From positions 3,360,001 to 3,424,000 of the forward strand of contig CBDCKW010000009.1 in assembly GCA_965218435.1 (NCBI GenBank): a DNA stretch of 64,000 bases. Direction: 5' to 3'. This DNA comes from Truepera sp. Its GTDB lineage: Bacteria > Deinococcota > Deinococci > Deinococcales > Trueperaceae. Under the pieces are notes generated by a model that worked only from the letters and a program-made list of their open reading frames with translations, was not told the origin of the DNA and searched no databases. This document shows, one piece after another, positions 45,857-55,091 of this stretch (position 1 is its first letter; the number at the start of each line of letters is the position of its first letter). The translations under genes were made by a program, and so were the position numbers.

Positions 45857-46339
45857 ATGGACGATTATGTAACGCGGATGTTGGACTTACTCGGTGACCA
45901 AGAGCCGATTTTGGTGTTAGAAGCGACGCCTGTGAAGCTCGAGGCCCTCCTTCTACAACTTGGTGACGACGTAGACCGCCCCTACGCCCCCGGCAAGTGG
46001 GACGCGCGGCACATCTTCGCGCATCTGGCTGACAATGAGCTGGCCGCTGGCTTTCGGCTCCGGCAGATGGTCGCCCGCGTCGGTGAAGTTCAGCCTTATG
46101 ACCAAGACGTTTGGGCGACGCGTTACGCCCATGCTGACCCGGCTCTAGCCCTCGGTACGTTTCAGGCGCTGCGGGCGTGGAACCTGGCACTTTACGCGAC
46201 GTTTGACCTAGACGACTGGCTCACCGAGGTCTACCATCCCGAGCGCGGGCCGCTGTCGGTTGACCTAGCGGTGCGGATGTTGGCTGGACACGATATAAAC
46301 CATTTGGGGCAGTTGGAAGGGCTTGCTGCTGGGCTTTAG
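45857..46339 (+). CDS. DinB family protein
   Basis: APGKW, AHLAD, YDQD, AGHDINHL. Confidence 0.85.
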   Translation: MDDYVTRMLDLLGDQEPILVLEATPVKLEALLLQLGDDVDRPYAPGKWDARHIFAHLADNELAAGFRLRQMVARVGEVQPYDQDVWATRYAHADPALALGTFQALRAWNLALYATFDLDDWLTEVYHPERGPLSVDLAVRMLAGHDINHLGQLEGLAAGL

Positions 46340-46357
46340 CCCCACTAAACTACAGAG

Positions 46358-46867
46358 ATGATCATCGAAAATCCTTTGCAGTTTGGAGACCTTCCGGGTT
46401 ACACACCGCACATCAGCCGTTTGCTGGCGATGATGCATTATGTGCGCGGTACGACTCTTTACGCGGCAAAAGACCTCAATATAGCGCAGCTCGACTATCT
46501 GCCTCATCCGGCGGGCAACTCTATCGGGATGCTGCTCGCTCACATTGCTGCTGTAGAAAAGGGCTACTATCTGGGTACGGCTGAGGATCAAGACGTTGAT
46601 TGGGAGACTCCGGCTCGAGCCCTGGGTGAGATTGGTCGCAAATCCTTGCAAGGCGAACCTTTAGAGCACTATCTGGCAGAACTGGAACGTGTCCGGGAGC
46701 AGACGCTGGTAGGCTTCAGAAACTGCAATGACACTTGGTTACATGAGACTGACGAGTCTTGGGGTACGCCTACCAGTAACTACTTCAAATGGTTTCACGT
46801 CTTTGAAGATGAAGTGAACCATCGCGGCCAAATTCGGCTGATTCGGAAGCTTCTACCCGATGAATGA
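46358..46867 (+). CDS. DinB family protein (DUF664-like)
   Basis: NSIGMLLAHIAAVE, WFHVFEDEVNHRGQI. Confidence 0.85.
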   Translation: MIIENPLQFGDLPGYTPHISRLLAMMHYVRGTTLYAAKDLNIAQLDYLPHPAGNSIGMLLAHIAAVEKGYYLGTAEDQDVDWETPARALGEIGRKSLQGEPLEHYLAELERVREQTLVGFRNCNDTWLHETDESWGTPTSNYFKWFHVFEDEVNHRGQIRLIRKLLPDE

Positions 46868-46939
46868 CCGAAGACCGTCATCCCGAACGCAAACCGCTCT
46901 TAGATTGACCTGCTTGAAAAAAACGTAGCCACCTAACCT

Positions 46940-47764
46940 CTAGGGACGAACGGTTGGCCCCAGCACAAACGCGTAAACGACCGTTACGGCTGCTCCAAAC
47001 ACAATCCAGCTCCAACTCCGCCGAAACGTCAAAAGGGTACCCGGAGCTTGCTTCAGGTTAATCAACTGCATCATCCACAAAAACCCCGAAGTGCCGCCCA
47101 GCGTCGAAGCTGCGGCTGAGGTCAAAACAATCACGACGCCGTAAGGATTGAGAAAACCGATAGCGACCGCTACCACGACGCCCGTAAGGTACGAAGCTAA
47201 AACCAAGTGACGTGCGTAGGTAATCCGCGCACGGCCCACGCCGCCGATATACGGCTCTATCTTACGAACAGCGAGCCTGACCGTTAAAAAGTAGCTCGCC
47301 AAGCCTATAACGCTCATGAGAATCTGCCAGAGCCACGCGGGTGACGCGCCGTAAAGTGCGCCGTCACGGGTCAGGCCAAAATCGCCGATGCCGGAAACGC
47401 CTGAAAAGAGCAGGTAGCCGGTAGCGGTCATAAACCCAATCGTACCCAAGAGCCAGACGAAATAATAAAGGGCAGGTTGACGCGGTGAGATTCGGCGAAG
47501 GCTGAGAAAACTTATGATGCCGGTCAGCAAACTGACGACTGGACCCGCTAGGGCGACGAGTCGAACCGCTAAGTCGCTCATACCTGCGTAGTTACAATTC
47601 ACGTAAAACGCGCCGAGTTCGGTTGGGTAACTGCCGAGTAAAAGGCACGACCCGGCGTGCCCGAGATGTTCATGAAGCGCAGTCTCGAGGATGAGCGCGA
47701 GGGCTGAAATTGCGATAATGGTAGGCCAATCGGTTTGTACAAGCGCGGACTGAGGCTGAGTCAT
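46940..47764 (-). CDS. Polytopic membrane protein, possible M50-like zinc peptidase
   Basis: LHEHLGH in the first TM, VALAGP, and a later GD motif. Confidence 0.55.
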   Translation of the reverse strand: MTQPQSALVQTDWPTIIAISALALILETALHEHLGHAGSCLLLGSYPTELGAFYVNCNYAGMSDLAVRLVALAGPVVSLLTGIISFLSLRRISPRQPALYYFVWLLGTIGFMTATGYLLFSGVSGIGDFGLTRDGALYGASPAWLWQILMSVIGLASYFLTVRLAVRKIEPYIGGVGRARITYARHLVLASYLTGVVVAVAIGFLNPYGVVIVLTSAAASTLGGTSGFLWMMQLINLKQAPGTLLTFRRSWSWIVFGAAVTVVYAFVLGPTVRP

Positions 47765-47943
47765 CGTGTCCTTTCTTTACCTAATCCAGGTACCTAGCGT
47801 GTAAGCCTAATTTCAACCCCCTTAATAACGGACATCGTACACGCTTTGTCGTCTGACTAGCTCCTTGAGCTGAGTTGTAAGCTCGAGGCTGACCCCGGTT
47901 GAGGTGTCAAAGGCTTGACCGGCGTGTGGTATGGTGCTTCGTT

Positions 47944-48363
47944 ATGGCTATAGAACTTACCTACGCAATGGTGAAACCCGACGGCGTGAAGCGCGGCTTG
48001 GTCGGAGAAGTGGTTCGGCGGCTCGAGGCCAAAGGCTTTCGTATCGTCGGCATGAAGCTCATGCAGATTCCCCGTGAAACGGCTGAACGTCACTACGGCG
48101 AGCACCAAGGCAAACCCTTTTTCGAGGGGCTCGTCTCGTTTATCACCAGCGGCCCGGTGGTGGCGATGGTCGTCGAGGGTGAAAACGCCATCTTAGAGTG
48201 GCGCAAGATGATGGGCGCAACGAACCCTAAAGACGCGGCACCCGGCACCATCCGCGGCGACTTTGCCAGCACGATTGACGAAAACGTCGCGCACGGCTCC
48301 GACGCCCCTGAAACCGCCGAACGCGAAATCGGCATCTTTTTCGATCCTGAAGAACTCCTCTAG
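47944..48363 (+). CDS. ndk: Nucleoside diphosphate kinase
   Basis: [22 protein letters not shown]; start at ATG 47944. Confidence 0.98.
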   Translation: MAIELTYAMVKPDGVKRGLVGEVVRRLEAKGFRIVGMKLMQIPRETAERHYGEHQGKPFFEGLVSFITSGPVVAMVVEGENAILEWRKMMGATNPKDAAPGTIRGDFASTIDENVAHGSDAPETAEREIGIFFDPEELL

Positions 48364-48384
48364 TTTTTCTGGCGCTTGACCCCT

Positions 48385-48411
48385 ACGCCCTGCAGCTAGC
48401 AGGGCGTTTTT
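48385..48411 (+). terminator. Intrinsic terminator after ndk
   Basis: ACGCCCTGC-AGCTA-GCAGGGCGT followed by a T run. Confidence 0.75.
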
Positions 48412-48483
48412 CATGCTGAGGCTCAGGTAAGGGTAGCTATGACGAAATACCGTTAAACTAGCCTTACCAACGAGGAGGAACCT

Positions 48484-49647
48484 ATGCCGCAACTCTCCGA
48501 AGCCCTCAAAGCCCTGAAAGCGTCCGCCACCGTCGCCTTTAACACCAAAGCCAAAGAACTCCAGCGTAGCGGGGTTGACGTCATCGCGATGACTGCCGGT
48601 GAACCGGATTTTCAGCCGCCCGAACACGTGTTGGCTGCCGCGCACGACGCGATTGACCGGGGCATGACCAAATACACGCCCGCTGAAGGCACCGCTGAAC
48701 TGCGCGAGGCTATCGCAGAGAAATTTCGACGTGAGAACGGCCTCAGTTACGGCCTAGACCAGATTTCGGTCAGTACCGGCGGTAAACAAGACCTGTACAA
48801 CGGCTTTATGGCCGTCTTAAACCCCGGCGATGAGGTCATCATGCCCGCGCCTTACTGGGTGTCGTACCCCGCGCAGGTGCAACTGGCGGGGGGCGTGTCA
48901 GTGCCGGTCACAACGCGCCCGGAAGACGGTTTTATCCCGAGCGTGGAGGCCATTGAAGCGGCGATCACGGGGCGCACCCGTATCATCGTGCTCAACTCCC
49001 CGTCAAACCCGACCGGCGCGGTTTATCCGCCTGAAGTGGTACGCGGGATTGCTGAGCTTGCGCAAAAGCACGACCTCTGGGTCTTTTCCGATGATCTGTA
49101 TGAGCATCTCGTCTACGAAGGTGAGTTTGTCTCGGCCGCGAACTTTGCTCAGGATCGGACCCTCGTGGTCAACGGTGCGAGCAAGGCGTATGCACTTACG
49201 GGTTGGCGCATCGGCTACGGGGCGGGACCTGCGCCACTGATCAAAGCGATGAACAAGCTCCAGGGGCAGGTGACGAGTGGGGCCAATGCAGTCGCGCAGC
49301 ACGCGGTTGTGGCAGCCTTAAACGAAGTTGAAAAAACGCACGAGTTTATCGAGATGACCAAAAAAGCATATCTGGCGCGGCGTGAGGTATTAGTCAACGG
49401 CCTCAACCGCATCGGGCTCGAGACGCCGAAACCCCAAGGCGCATTTTACGTCATGAGCGACCTGACGCCGATTCACCCAGACGAAACCGAAGCGGCGGTG
49501 ATGCTCTTGGAAAAAGCTCACGTCGGCGTGGTTCCCGGTACCGACTTTGACGCACCGGGGCAGGCGCGGTTTTCTTACGCGACGAGTATGGAAAATATCG
49601 AGAAGGCGTTAGAGCGGCTCGAGGCGTTCGTCGGCGCAAAAGTCTAG
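48484..49647 (+). CDS. aspC: Class I PLP aminotransferase (aspartate aminotransferase-like)
   Basis: GEPDF, NSPSNPTG, SKAYALTGWRIG. Confidence 0.88.
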   Translation: MPQLSEALKALKASATVAFNTKAKELQRSGVDVIAMTAGEPDFQPPEHVLAAAHDAIDRGMTKYTPAEGTAELREAIAEKFRRENGLSYGLDQISVSTGGKQDLYNGFMAVLNPGDEVIMPAPYWVSYPAQVQLAGGVSVPVTTRPEDGFIPSVEAIEAAITGRTRIIVLNSPSNPTGAVYPPEVVRGIAELAQKHDLWVFSDDLYEHLVYEGEFVSAANFAQDRTLVVNGASKAYALTGWRIGYGAGPAPLIKAMNKLQGQVTSGANAVAQHAVVAALNEVEKTHEFIEMTKKAYLARREVLVNGLNRIGLETPKPQGAFYVMSDLTPIHPDETEAAVMLLEKAHVGVVPGTDFDAPGQARFSYATSMENIEKALERLEAFVGAKV

Positions 49648-49661
49648 CGGCCCAGCGGCAT

Positions 49662-49696
49662 AAAAAAAGCCCTCAGCTTGTCCGCCGAGGGCTTCT
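49662..49696. terminator. Terminator between convergent aspC and the hypothetical gene
   Basis: A7-GCCCTC...GAGGGCTT hairpin. Confidence 0.65.
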
Positions 49697-49712
49697 CCTA
49701 TTTGTTTTACCT

Positions 49713-50228
49713 TCAGGGGCAGCTTAGCCGCCCACTAAGCTGCAAAGGTTGGCTCTGCGCGTCTATAAACGACGCGTTAAAAGTGTAAACACCCAGCGAG
49801 GTCGTCACGGTTCCGCTTAGCAGCGTGTAGGTTGCGCCGTCTATCTTGAGGGTTAACGTGCTGTTCGAGCCGAGGACATAGTAGCTGCCGTTTGCTGAAA
49901 CCGGGGTGTTAAAGGCCAGTGTGAGCGGAAACGCGGTCGTCTGCGTGCTTGCCAGACGAAATCCGGTGGGGCTGCACTGCAAGGTCTGGAACTCATCTGC
50001 GCCCAACGTGGCGGTACTCGAGACCACCCCGGAGAGAATCAGCTCGAGCCCCGCTGTAGATTGTGTCGGGGTGCTGCGCGGTTCGGGAAAAATGGCCCAG
50101 ATGGTCCCAACGACGAGTAAGAGGGCAAGAACGACGCCCAGGGTGTCGGCAAGTTCTTCTTGTGACGGTAACTTGGGCTGGAGAAACCGGGAACGGCGGG
50201 GAAAGGGGCGGGCATACGTGGCTTTCAT
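49713..50228 (-). CDS. Single-TM hypothetical protein divergent from LysR
   Basis: AGGAGG RBS, one TM helix, S/T-rich beta-like domain with two Cys. Confidence 0.65.
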   Translation of the reverse strand: MKATYARPFPRRSRFLQPKLPSQEELADTLGVVLALLLVVGTIWAIFPEPRSTPTQSTAGLELILSGVVSSTATLGADEFQTLQCSPTGFRLASTQTTAFPLTLAFNTPVSANGSYYVLGSNSTLTLKIDGATYTLLSGTVTTSLGVYTFNASFIDAQSQPLQLSGRLSCP

Positions 50229-50307
50229 AAGGTGCCTCCTAATGTCCTTAGTTTAGGTGCTGCACGGCAAAAGTACAAAGCACCAGGGTGATAGATAGGG
50301 CAGCTTG

Positions 50308-50324
50308 TATCAAAAATACTGATA
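50308..50324. promoter_or_regulatory. LysR-type recognition site
   Basis: TATC-N9-GATA (T-N11-A) in the divergent promoter region. Confidence 0.55.
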
Positions 50325-50353
50325 GAACTGAGCTTTGCCGTTAGACTACCTGG

Positions 50354-51280
50354 ATGACACTTTCACAACTCCGCAGCTTGCTGATGGTTTTAGAAACCGG
50401 CAGCTTTTCGGCGGCGGCGCTTGAACTCGGCAGCGCACAGTCGGCGGTAAGTTACGCGGTCGCTGAGTTGGAGCGCGAACTCGGCGTCAAGCTCTTAGAG
50501 CGCGGACGGTTCGGCGCACGCCCGACCCGCGTCGGCGTCCGGGTTGCCGACCACGCGCGGCAGCTGCTGAGGTTAGAAGACGCCGTTCGGCAAGAGGCGA
50601 GCCTCGAGCGCGGCGTCTTAGAGGGAACGCTCCGCGTAGCAACATTCCGCAGCGCCGCCCGTCACATCCTTTCCAAAGCTATCGCACGGCTTGCACGGCG
50701 CTACCCGGAGCTTCAAGTCGGCTTGCTCGAGGCCGACGGGGACATGCCGGAACTTAAGCATTTACTTTTAAGTGGGCGCGCCGAGATCGCCATGTTGCAG
50801 ACCCCCTATCCTGAGGGCGTACTCGTCTGGGAACTGCTACAAGACCCTTATGTTGCCCTGATGCCTAAAGATCATCCGCTGGTACAAAGTACCGTAAGCC
50901 GCGCCGAGCTGCTGGCGTCGCCACTTATTCTTTACGACAATGACGATCAGTGCGGGCGCGTTGCACAGCAGTACCTGCATGACGCGAAGCTGCCATTTCG
51001 CTCCACCATACATAGCATCCGCGAGGATTCGACCATCTTCAGCTTAGTCGAGCAGGGTTTAGGAGTCAGTGTCGTGCCGGAACTGGCGTTTCGAGACCTA
51101 CCTGGTAGCGTCGCCCGAGTACCGCTGACTGAACCGCTGATACGGACTATCGGGGTGGCAATCTTGCCGCAAAGCCTTAAAGTTCCTGCTGTACGCGCTT
51201 TGTTAGGCGCGTTAAAGCAGCAGTTTCCCGAAAGTAACTTGCCCGAGTTGAAAACGGTGCTCGAGCCCGTCCCTTCATAG
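50354..51280 (+). CDS. LysR family transcriptional regulator
   Basis: MTLSQLR...GSFSAAA..L..AQSAVSY HTH; 308 aa. Confidence 0.95.
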   Translation: MTLSQLRSLLMVLETGSFSAAALELGSAQSAVSYAVAELERELGVKLLERGRFGARPTRVGVRVADHARQLLRLEDAVRQEASLERGVLEGTLRVATFRSAARHILSKAIARLARRYPELQVGLLEADGDMPELKHLLLSGRAEIAMLQTPYPEGVLVWELLQDPYVALMPKDHPLVQSTVSRAELLASPLILYDNDDQCGRVAQQYLHDAKLPFRSTIHSIREDSTIFSLVEQGLGVSVVPELAFRDLPGSVARVPLTEPLIRTIGVAILPQSLKVPAVRALLGALKQQFPESNLPELKTVLEPVPS

Positions 51281-51437
51281 TCTGCGCAAACGACAAAAGG
51301 ACTTTTGGAAATCTTACCTAATCCTCTATAGACCTTTGAATCCTAAACTTTTTTACTTTCTCGCCTCTTATTCAGGTGTATTGAGCACATTCGCCCTCTA
51401 GAGTTGGTGTAAGGTGAAAGGGACTCGAGGAGGCACT

Positions 51438-52355
51438 ATGACAACCTTAAACAGCAAAAACGATACCCTAAACGGTGTTTTAGATGGCCTGATGCGCCGC
51501 TACCAAGAACGTGTGCCGGACGTTCAAAAAATTTTCCAGGCGATGATTCAAGACGGGCTGATCCGCGTACCGGAAGACATCGAAAACGACCACATCGCCT
51601 TTCGGACGATGGGCGTGCCACACTTGGGCATTGCGTCATTAGAAAAAATCTTTTTACATTTGGGCTACGACCGCCGTGACCCTTATACGTTTCTCGGTAA
51701 AAAGCTCAACGCGTTTTGGTACAGCCCACCTGAACCGCAGCTGCCGCGTATCTTTATCAGCGAGCTGCGCGTCGGTGAGCTGAGTGACGAAGCGCAGCGC
51801 GTCATCCACAGCTACACCGGTGAGGTTGACAGTGACCCGGTAGACGCGCTTGACTTAGATGACGCCAGACAGATTGACGCCTTTTTGCACCGCGCACTCT
51901 GGCGGCTACCGAGCTATAAAGACTATCAACAGCTTGCGAGTGAAAGCGAGTACGCTGCGTGGGTCATCTATAACCGCTACTACTTAAATCACTTTACGAT
52001 CTCAGTCCATAACCTGCCGCAGGGTTACGACACCGTAGACGCGTTTAACAGCTTTTTAGAGTCACACGGGATCAAGCTCAACGATTCGGGCGGGAAGGCC
52101 AAAACGAGCCCGGATGGGCTACTGATTCAAAGTTCAACGGTTGCGGAGATGATTCCGGCAACCTTCGCGGGCGGCGACACGCATCCCATTTCAGGCTCGT
52201 ACGTCGAGTTTGCTGAACGCCGTGCGCTGCCTGAATATCAGGGCAAACGTAAAAATGAGTTGGGACGCGCCGAACGCCGCGAAGGATTTGAGGCGGGCAA
52301 CGCCGACAAGATTTTTGAAAGCACCTACAGTGCGCAGACGGGGCGGGGCGGTTAA
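51438..52355 (+). CDS. DUF1338 protein (HglS-like 2-oxoadipate dioxygenase/decarboxylase family)
   Basis: NDHIAFRT, RIFISEL, NHFT, SYVEFAER, GFEAGNADKIFEST; GGAGG RBS before ATG 51438. Confidence 0.85.
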   Translation: MTTLNSKNDTLNGVLDGLMRRYQERVPDVQKIFQAMIQDGLIRVPEDIENDHIAFRTMGVPHLGIASLEKIFLHLGYDRRDPYTFLGKKLNAFWYSPPEPQLPRIFISELRVGELSDEAQRVIHSYTGEVDSDPVDALDLDDARQIDAFLHRALWRLPSYKDYQQLASESEYAAWVIYNRYYLNHFTISVHNLPQGYDTVDAFNSFLESHGIKLNDSGGKAKTSPDGLLIQSSTVAEMIPATFAGGDTHPISGSYVEFAERRALPEYQGKRKNELGRAERREGFEAGNADKIFESTYSAQTGRGG

Positions 52356-52376
52356 GCTCCGCTCCAGCAAGCTCTA

Positions 52377-52961
52377 CTAAACAACGCACCGTCTAAAGCC
52401 GGTGGGTTTGGAAGCCACTGAAAGTGTCCTTCCAGGCTCAAGCCTGCTTGCAACCTCTACTCACTAATCTTGAAGTTCTCTTCGGGCGGCGCTTCATCAG
52501 GCGCTTCGATATACGCCTTGACCTGCTCGTCTGTGACCGTTCCGACCGTCGCACAGAAGTAACCTCGTGCCCACAAGTGTGGTCCCCAGTAACGCTTCTT
52601 CAAATGTGGAAACTCTTCTTGCAACAGCCGTGACGAGCGCCCCTTAAGATACGGCATCACTTTCGCTGGACTCAGGCTTGGCGGACATGATACCAGCAAG
52701 TGAACATGTTCTTTGCTAACGTGCCCTTTGAGTATCTTGATGTCACGGCTCATACAGCTTTGTCTGATAAGTTCCCTGGCTCTTTCGGCAACCTCACCGC
52801 GCAACACCTGGTAGCGGTACTTCGTCACCCAGACAAAATGGTACTCGATGTCGTAAATCGTGTGTGCGCCCGTTCGATACTCTGCCACCAGAGCGTCATC
52901 GTAGCAGCCCCTGCTAAAGCTGTTCGCCTATAGGCGAAGGTTTTAGACCTGGCGCGTGGAA
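52377..52961 (-). mobile_element. IS200-type element (tnpA only), about 585 bp; ends inferred
   Basis: Subterminal hairpins at 52914-52946 (TTCGCCT-AT-AGGCGAA core) and 52387-52404; no IRs or target duplication; joining the flanks restores a TAT-TAG end for fadJ. Confidence 0.8.
52457..52888 (-). CDS. tnpA: IS200/IS605 family Y1 (HUH) transposase
   Basis: YHFVWVTKYR, HVHL, KGRSS, WARGYF, catalytic YIE. Confidence 0.93.
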   Translation of the reverse strand: MAEYRTGAHTIYDIEYHFVWVTKYRYQVLRGEVAERARELIRQSCMSRDIKILKGHVSKEHVHLLVSCPPSLSPAKVMPYLKGRSSRLLQEEFPHLKKRYWGPHLWARGYFCATVGTVTDEQVKAYIEAPDEAPPEENFKISE

Positions 52962-55091
52962 ATAAAACGTCTTCCCCTGCTCGGCGTGTTCACGAAGCAG
53001 CGCCGCAGGCTTAAACCGTGGGCCGAAGTGACGCTCTAACCCTTCTAGTTTCTCCAATAAAACGGATGCACCGATAGCGTCGGTGTACCAAAACGGCCCC
53101 CCCAAAAAGGGCGGAAAGCCGAGGCCGAACACTGCACCGACATCGCCATCTCGAGCGGAGCGCAGCACACCTTCTTCCAAACACAACACGGCCTCGTTGA
53201 CCATCATCAGCTCGAGCCGATCTTGAATCTCTTGCTTGGGCGCGTCTCGCTTCTTGTCCCCGATGAGGCGCGTCAGTTCGTCGTTAACCTCTTTTTCACC
53301 TTTGCCCTCGCCGTAGACGTAAAAGCCCTTGCCGTTTTTACGCCCTAAAAAGCCCGCTTCGACAAGTTGTTCGCCCTTGCTGCTGAGCGTGATGCCCCGC
53401 GCCGCAAACGGCTCTTTTAAGACCTTGTTGATCTTCGCCCCCACGTCAATGCCGACTTCATCCAAAAGTGTAATCGGCCCGACCGGAAAGCCGAAGTCGC
53501 GCATCGCCCGGTCAATCTCGCGGACGCCGACGCCCTCTTCGACCATTACGAGCGCCTCGTTCATGTATAACGATACGATCCGCGTCGTATAAAACCCCGG
53601 CGCGTCGCCGACGATGATCGGCGTTTTGCCCTGAGCACGGCCCGTAGCAAAAGCGGTCGCTAAAACCCACTCCGGGTTCTGATCGGTGGCGATAATTTCT
53701 AAGAGCGGCAGTTTGGGAACGGGGGAGAAGTAGTGCATCCCGACAACCTGCTCGGGACGGCTCGAGGCGCTCGCAATCTCATGAATGGGGATAGACGAGG
53801 TGTTCGAGGCGAAAACTAAATCTTCTTTTGCCACGGCTTCAACGTCTCTGACGACTTGTTGCTTGAGGGCAACGTCTTCTAACACAGCTTCGATGACCAA
53901 ATCTGCGTCCTTAAGCGCACCGTAATCCTCGACGGGTTCGATGTGGGCGTCAATCAGGTCGCGTTCAAAGCTGCTGCGGCCCTTGCCGACGCGCTTGGTC
54001 AGGTCTTTCCAGATAGTACCTTTGCCCTTCGCGGCAATCTCGAGCGTCCGGTCTTTGAGGAAAACCTGCTGCCCGCCCTCGGCGCTCACCTGCGCGATGC
54101 CTGAGCCCATCAGCCCCGCGCCCAACACACCGACGGTATGAACGTCCTTTGCTGCGCCCTTAAACGGATTTTTCTCCGTGGCAGATTTGGCAAAAAAGAG
54201 GTGGATAAGCGCCTTCGACTGTGGGGTAAAGACCAGCTCGGCGAAGTTTTGAGCTTCAGCTTCCAACCCCGCCTGCATCCCCTGCTCTTGCCCGGTACGG
54301 ACGGTTTCGATAATTTTGGCAGGTGCGGGGTAGTTGCCGCGGGTTTTTTTCTGTACCGTTTCTTCAGCCTGGTTGTAAACGACGCGGCTGAGCAGGGTGC
54401 GTTCTAAAACGGCGCTCGTCACCCGGCTGCGGAGGTCGCGTTTGGGAGCGCGGCGTTCTACGTTTCCGTCTACCAAGCCCTTGGCCGCCACCTTACCCGC
54501 TTCTAACAGCCCTTGCGGATGGATAAGCGCGTCAACCAAGCCCATCTTTAGGGCAGGTTTGGCGTAGATAGATTTGCCGGTTAAGGCCATCTCGAGCCCC
54601 TGCTGCAAGCCGACGAGTTGCGGGAGTCGCTGCGTGCCGCCGAGCCCCGGCAACAGTCCTAAATTGACCTCGGGCAGCGCAAATTTGGTCTTCGGATGCT
54701 GCGTGGCGAGGCGGTAGTGACACGCTAAGATGAGTTCTAAACCTCCGCCGACCGCTGCGCCGTGAACAGCGGCGACCACAGGTTTGGAGAGCCTCTCGAG
54801 CCTCCCCAAGAGCGCGTGCCCCTCATGGATCAGTGCCGTCACCTGCGCAGGCGTTTCAAAGGTCAGAAACTCCTTGATGTCTGCGCCGACGACAAACGAG
54901 TCTTGTTTGCGGCTGATTAAAACAGCACTTTTCACCGTAGGATTTCGCTCAATGCTATCTAAAACCTCACCGAACTCGCGTAAGGCGGCGGTCTCGAGCG
55001 TATTGACCCGGCTATCTTGCTGGTCAAAAAAGATAACGGCCACGTCGTCTGCGGTTTCACCGGTTGAAATTTCTAGGTCGAAAAAAGCCAC
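52914..55091 (-). CDS. fadJ: Fatty-acid oxidation complex alpha subunit (enoyl-CoA hydratase / 3-hydroxyacyl-CoA dehydrogenase)
   Basis: FVVGADI, GGGLEL, PEVNLGLLPG, GAGLMG, SNTSS, GMHYFSP; likely GTG start at 55091. Confidence 0.9.
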   Translation of the reverse strand: MAFFDLEISTGETADDVAVIFFDQQDSRVNTLETAALREFGEVLDSIERNPTVKSAVLISRKQDSFVVGADIKEFLTFETPAQVTALIHEGHALLGRLERLSKPVVAAVHGAAVGGGLELILACHYRLATQHPKTKFALPEVNLGLLPGLGGTQRLPQLVGLQQGLEMALTGKSIYAKPALKMGLVDALIHPQGLLEAGKVAAKGLVDGNVERRAPKRDLRSRVTSAVLERTLLSRVVYNQAEETVQKKTRGNYPAPAKIIETVRTGQEQGMQAGLEAEAQNFAELVFTPQSKALIHLFFAKSATEKNPFKGAAKDVHTVGVLGAGLMGSGIAQVSAEGGQQVFLKDRTLEIAAKGKGTIWKDLTKRVGKGRSSFERDLIDAHIEPVEDYGALKDADLVIEAVLEDVALKQQVVRDVEAVAKEDLVFASNTSSIPIHEIASASSRPEQVVGMHYFSPVPKLPLLEIIATDQNPEWVLATAFATGRAQGKTPIIVGDAPGFYTTRIVSLYMNEALVMVEEGVGVREIDRAMRDFGFPVGPITLLDEVGIDVGAKINKVLKEPFAARGITLSSKGEQLVEAGFLGRKNGKGFYVYGEGKGEKEVNDELTRLIGDKKRDAPKQEIQDRLELMMVNEAVLCLEEGVLRSARDGDVGAVFGLGFPPFLGGPFWYTDAIGASVLLEKLEGLERHFGPRFKPAALLREHAEQGKTFYFHAPGLKPSPIGEQL

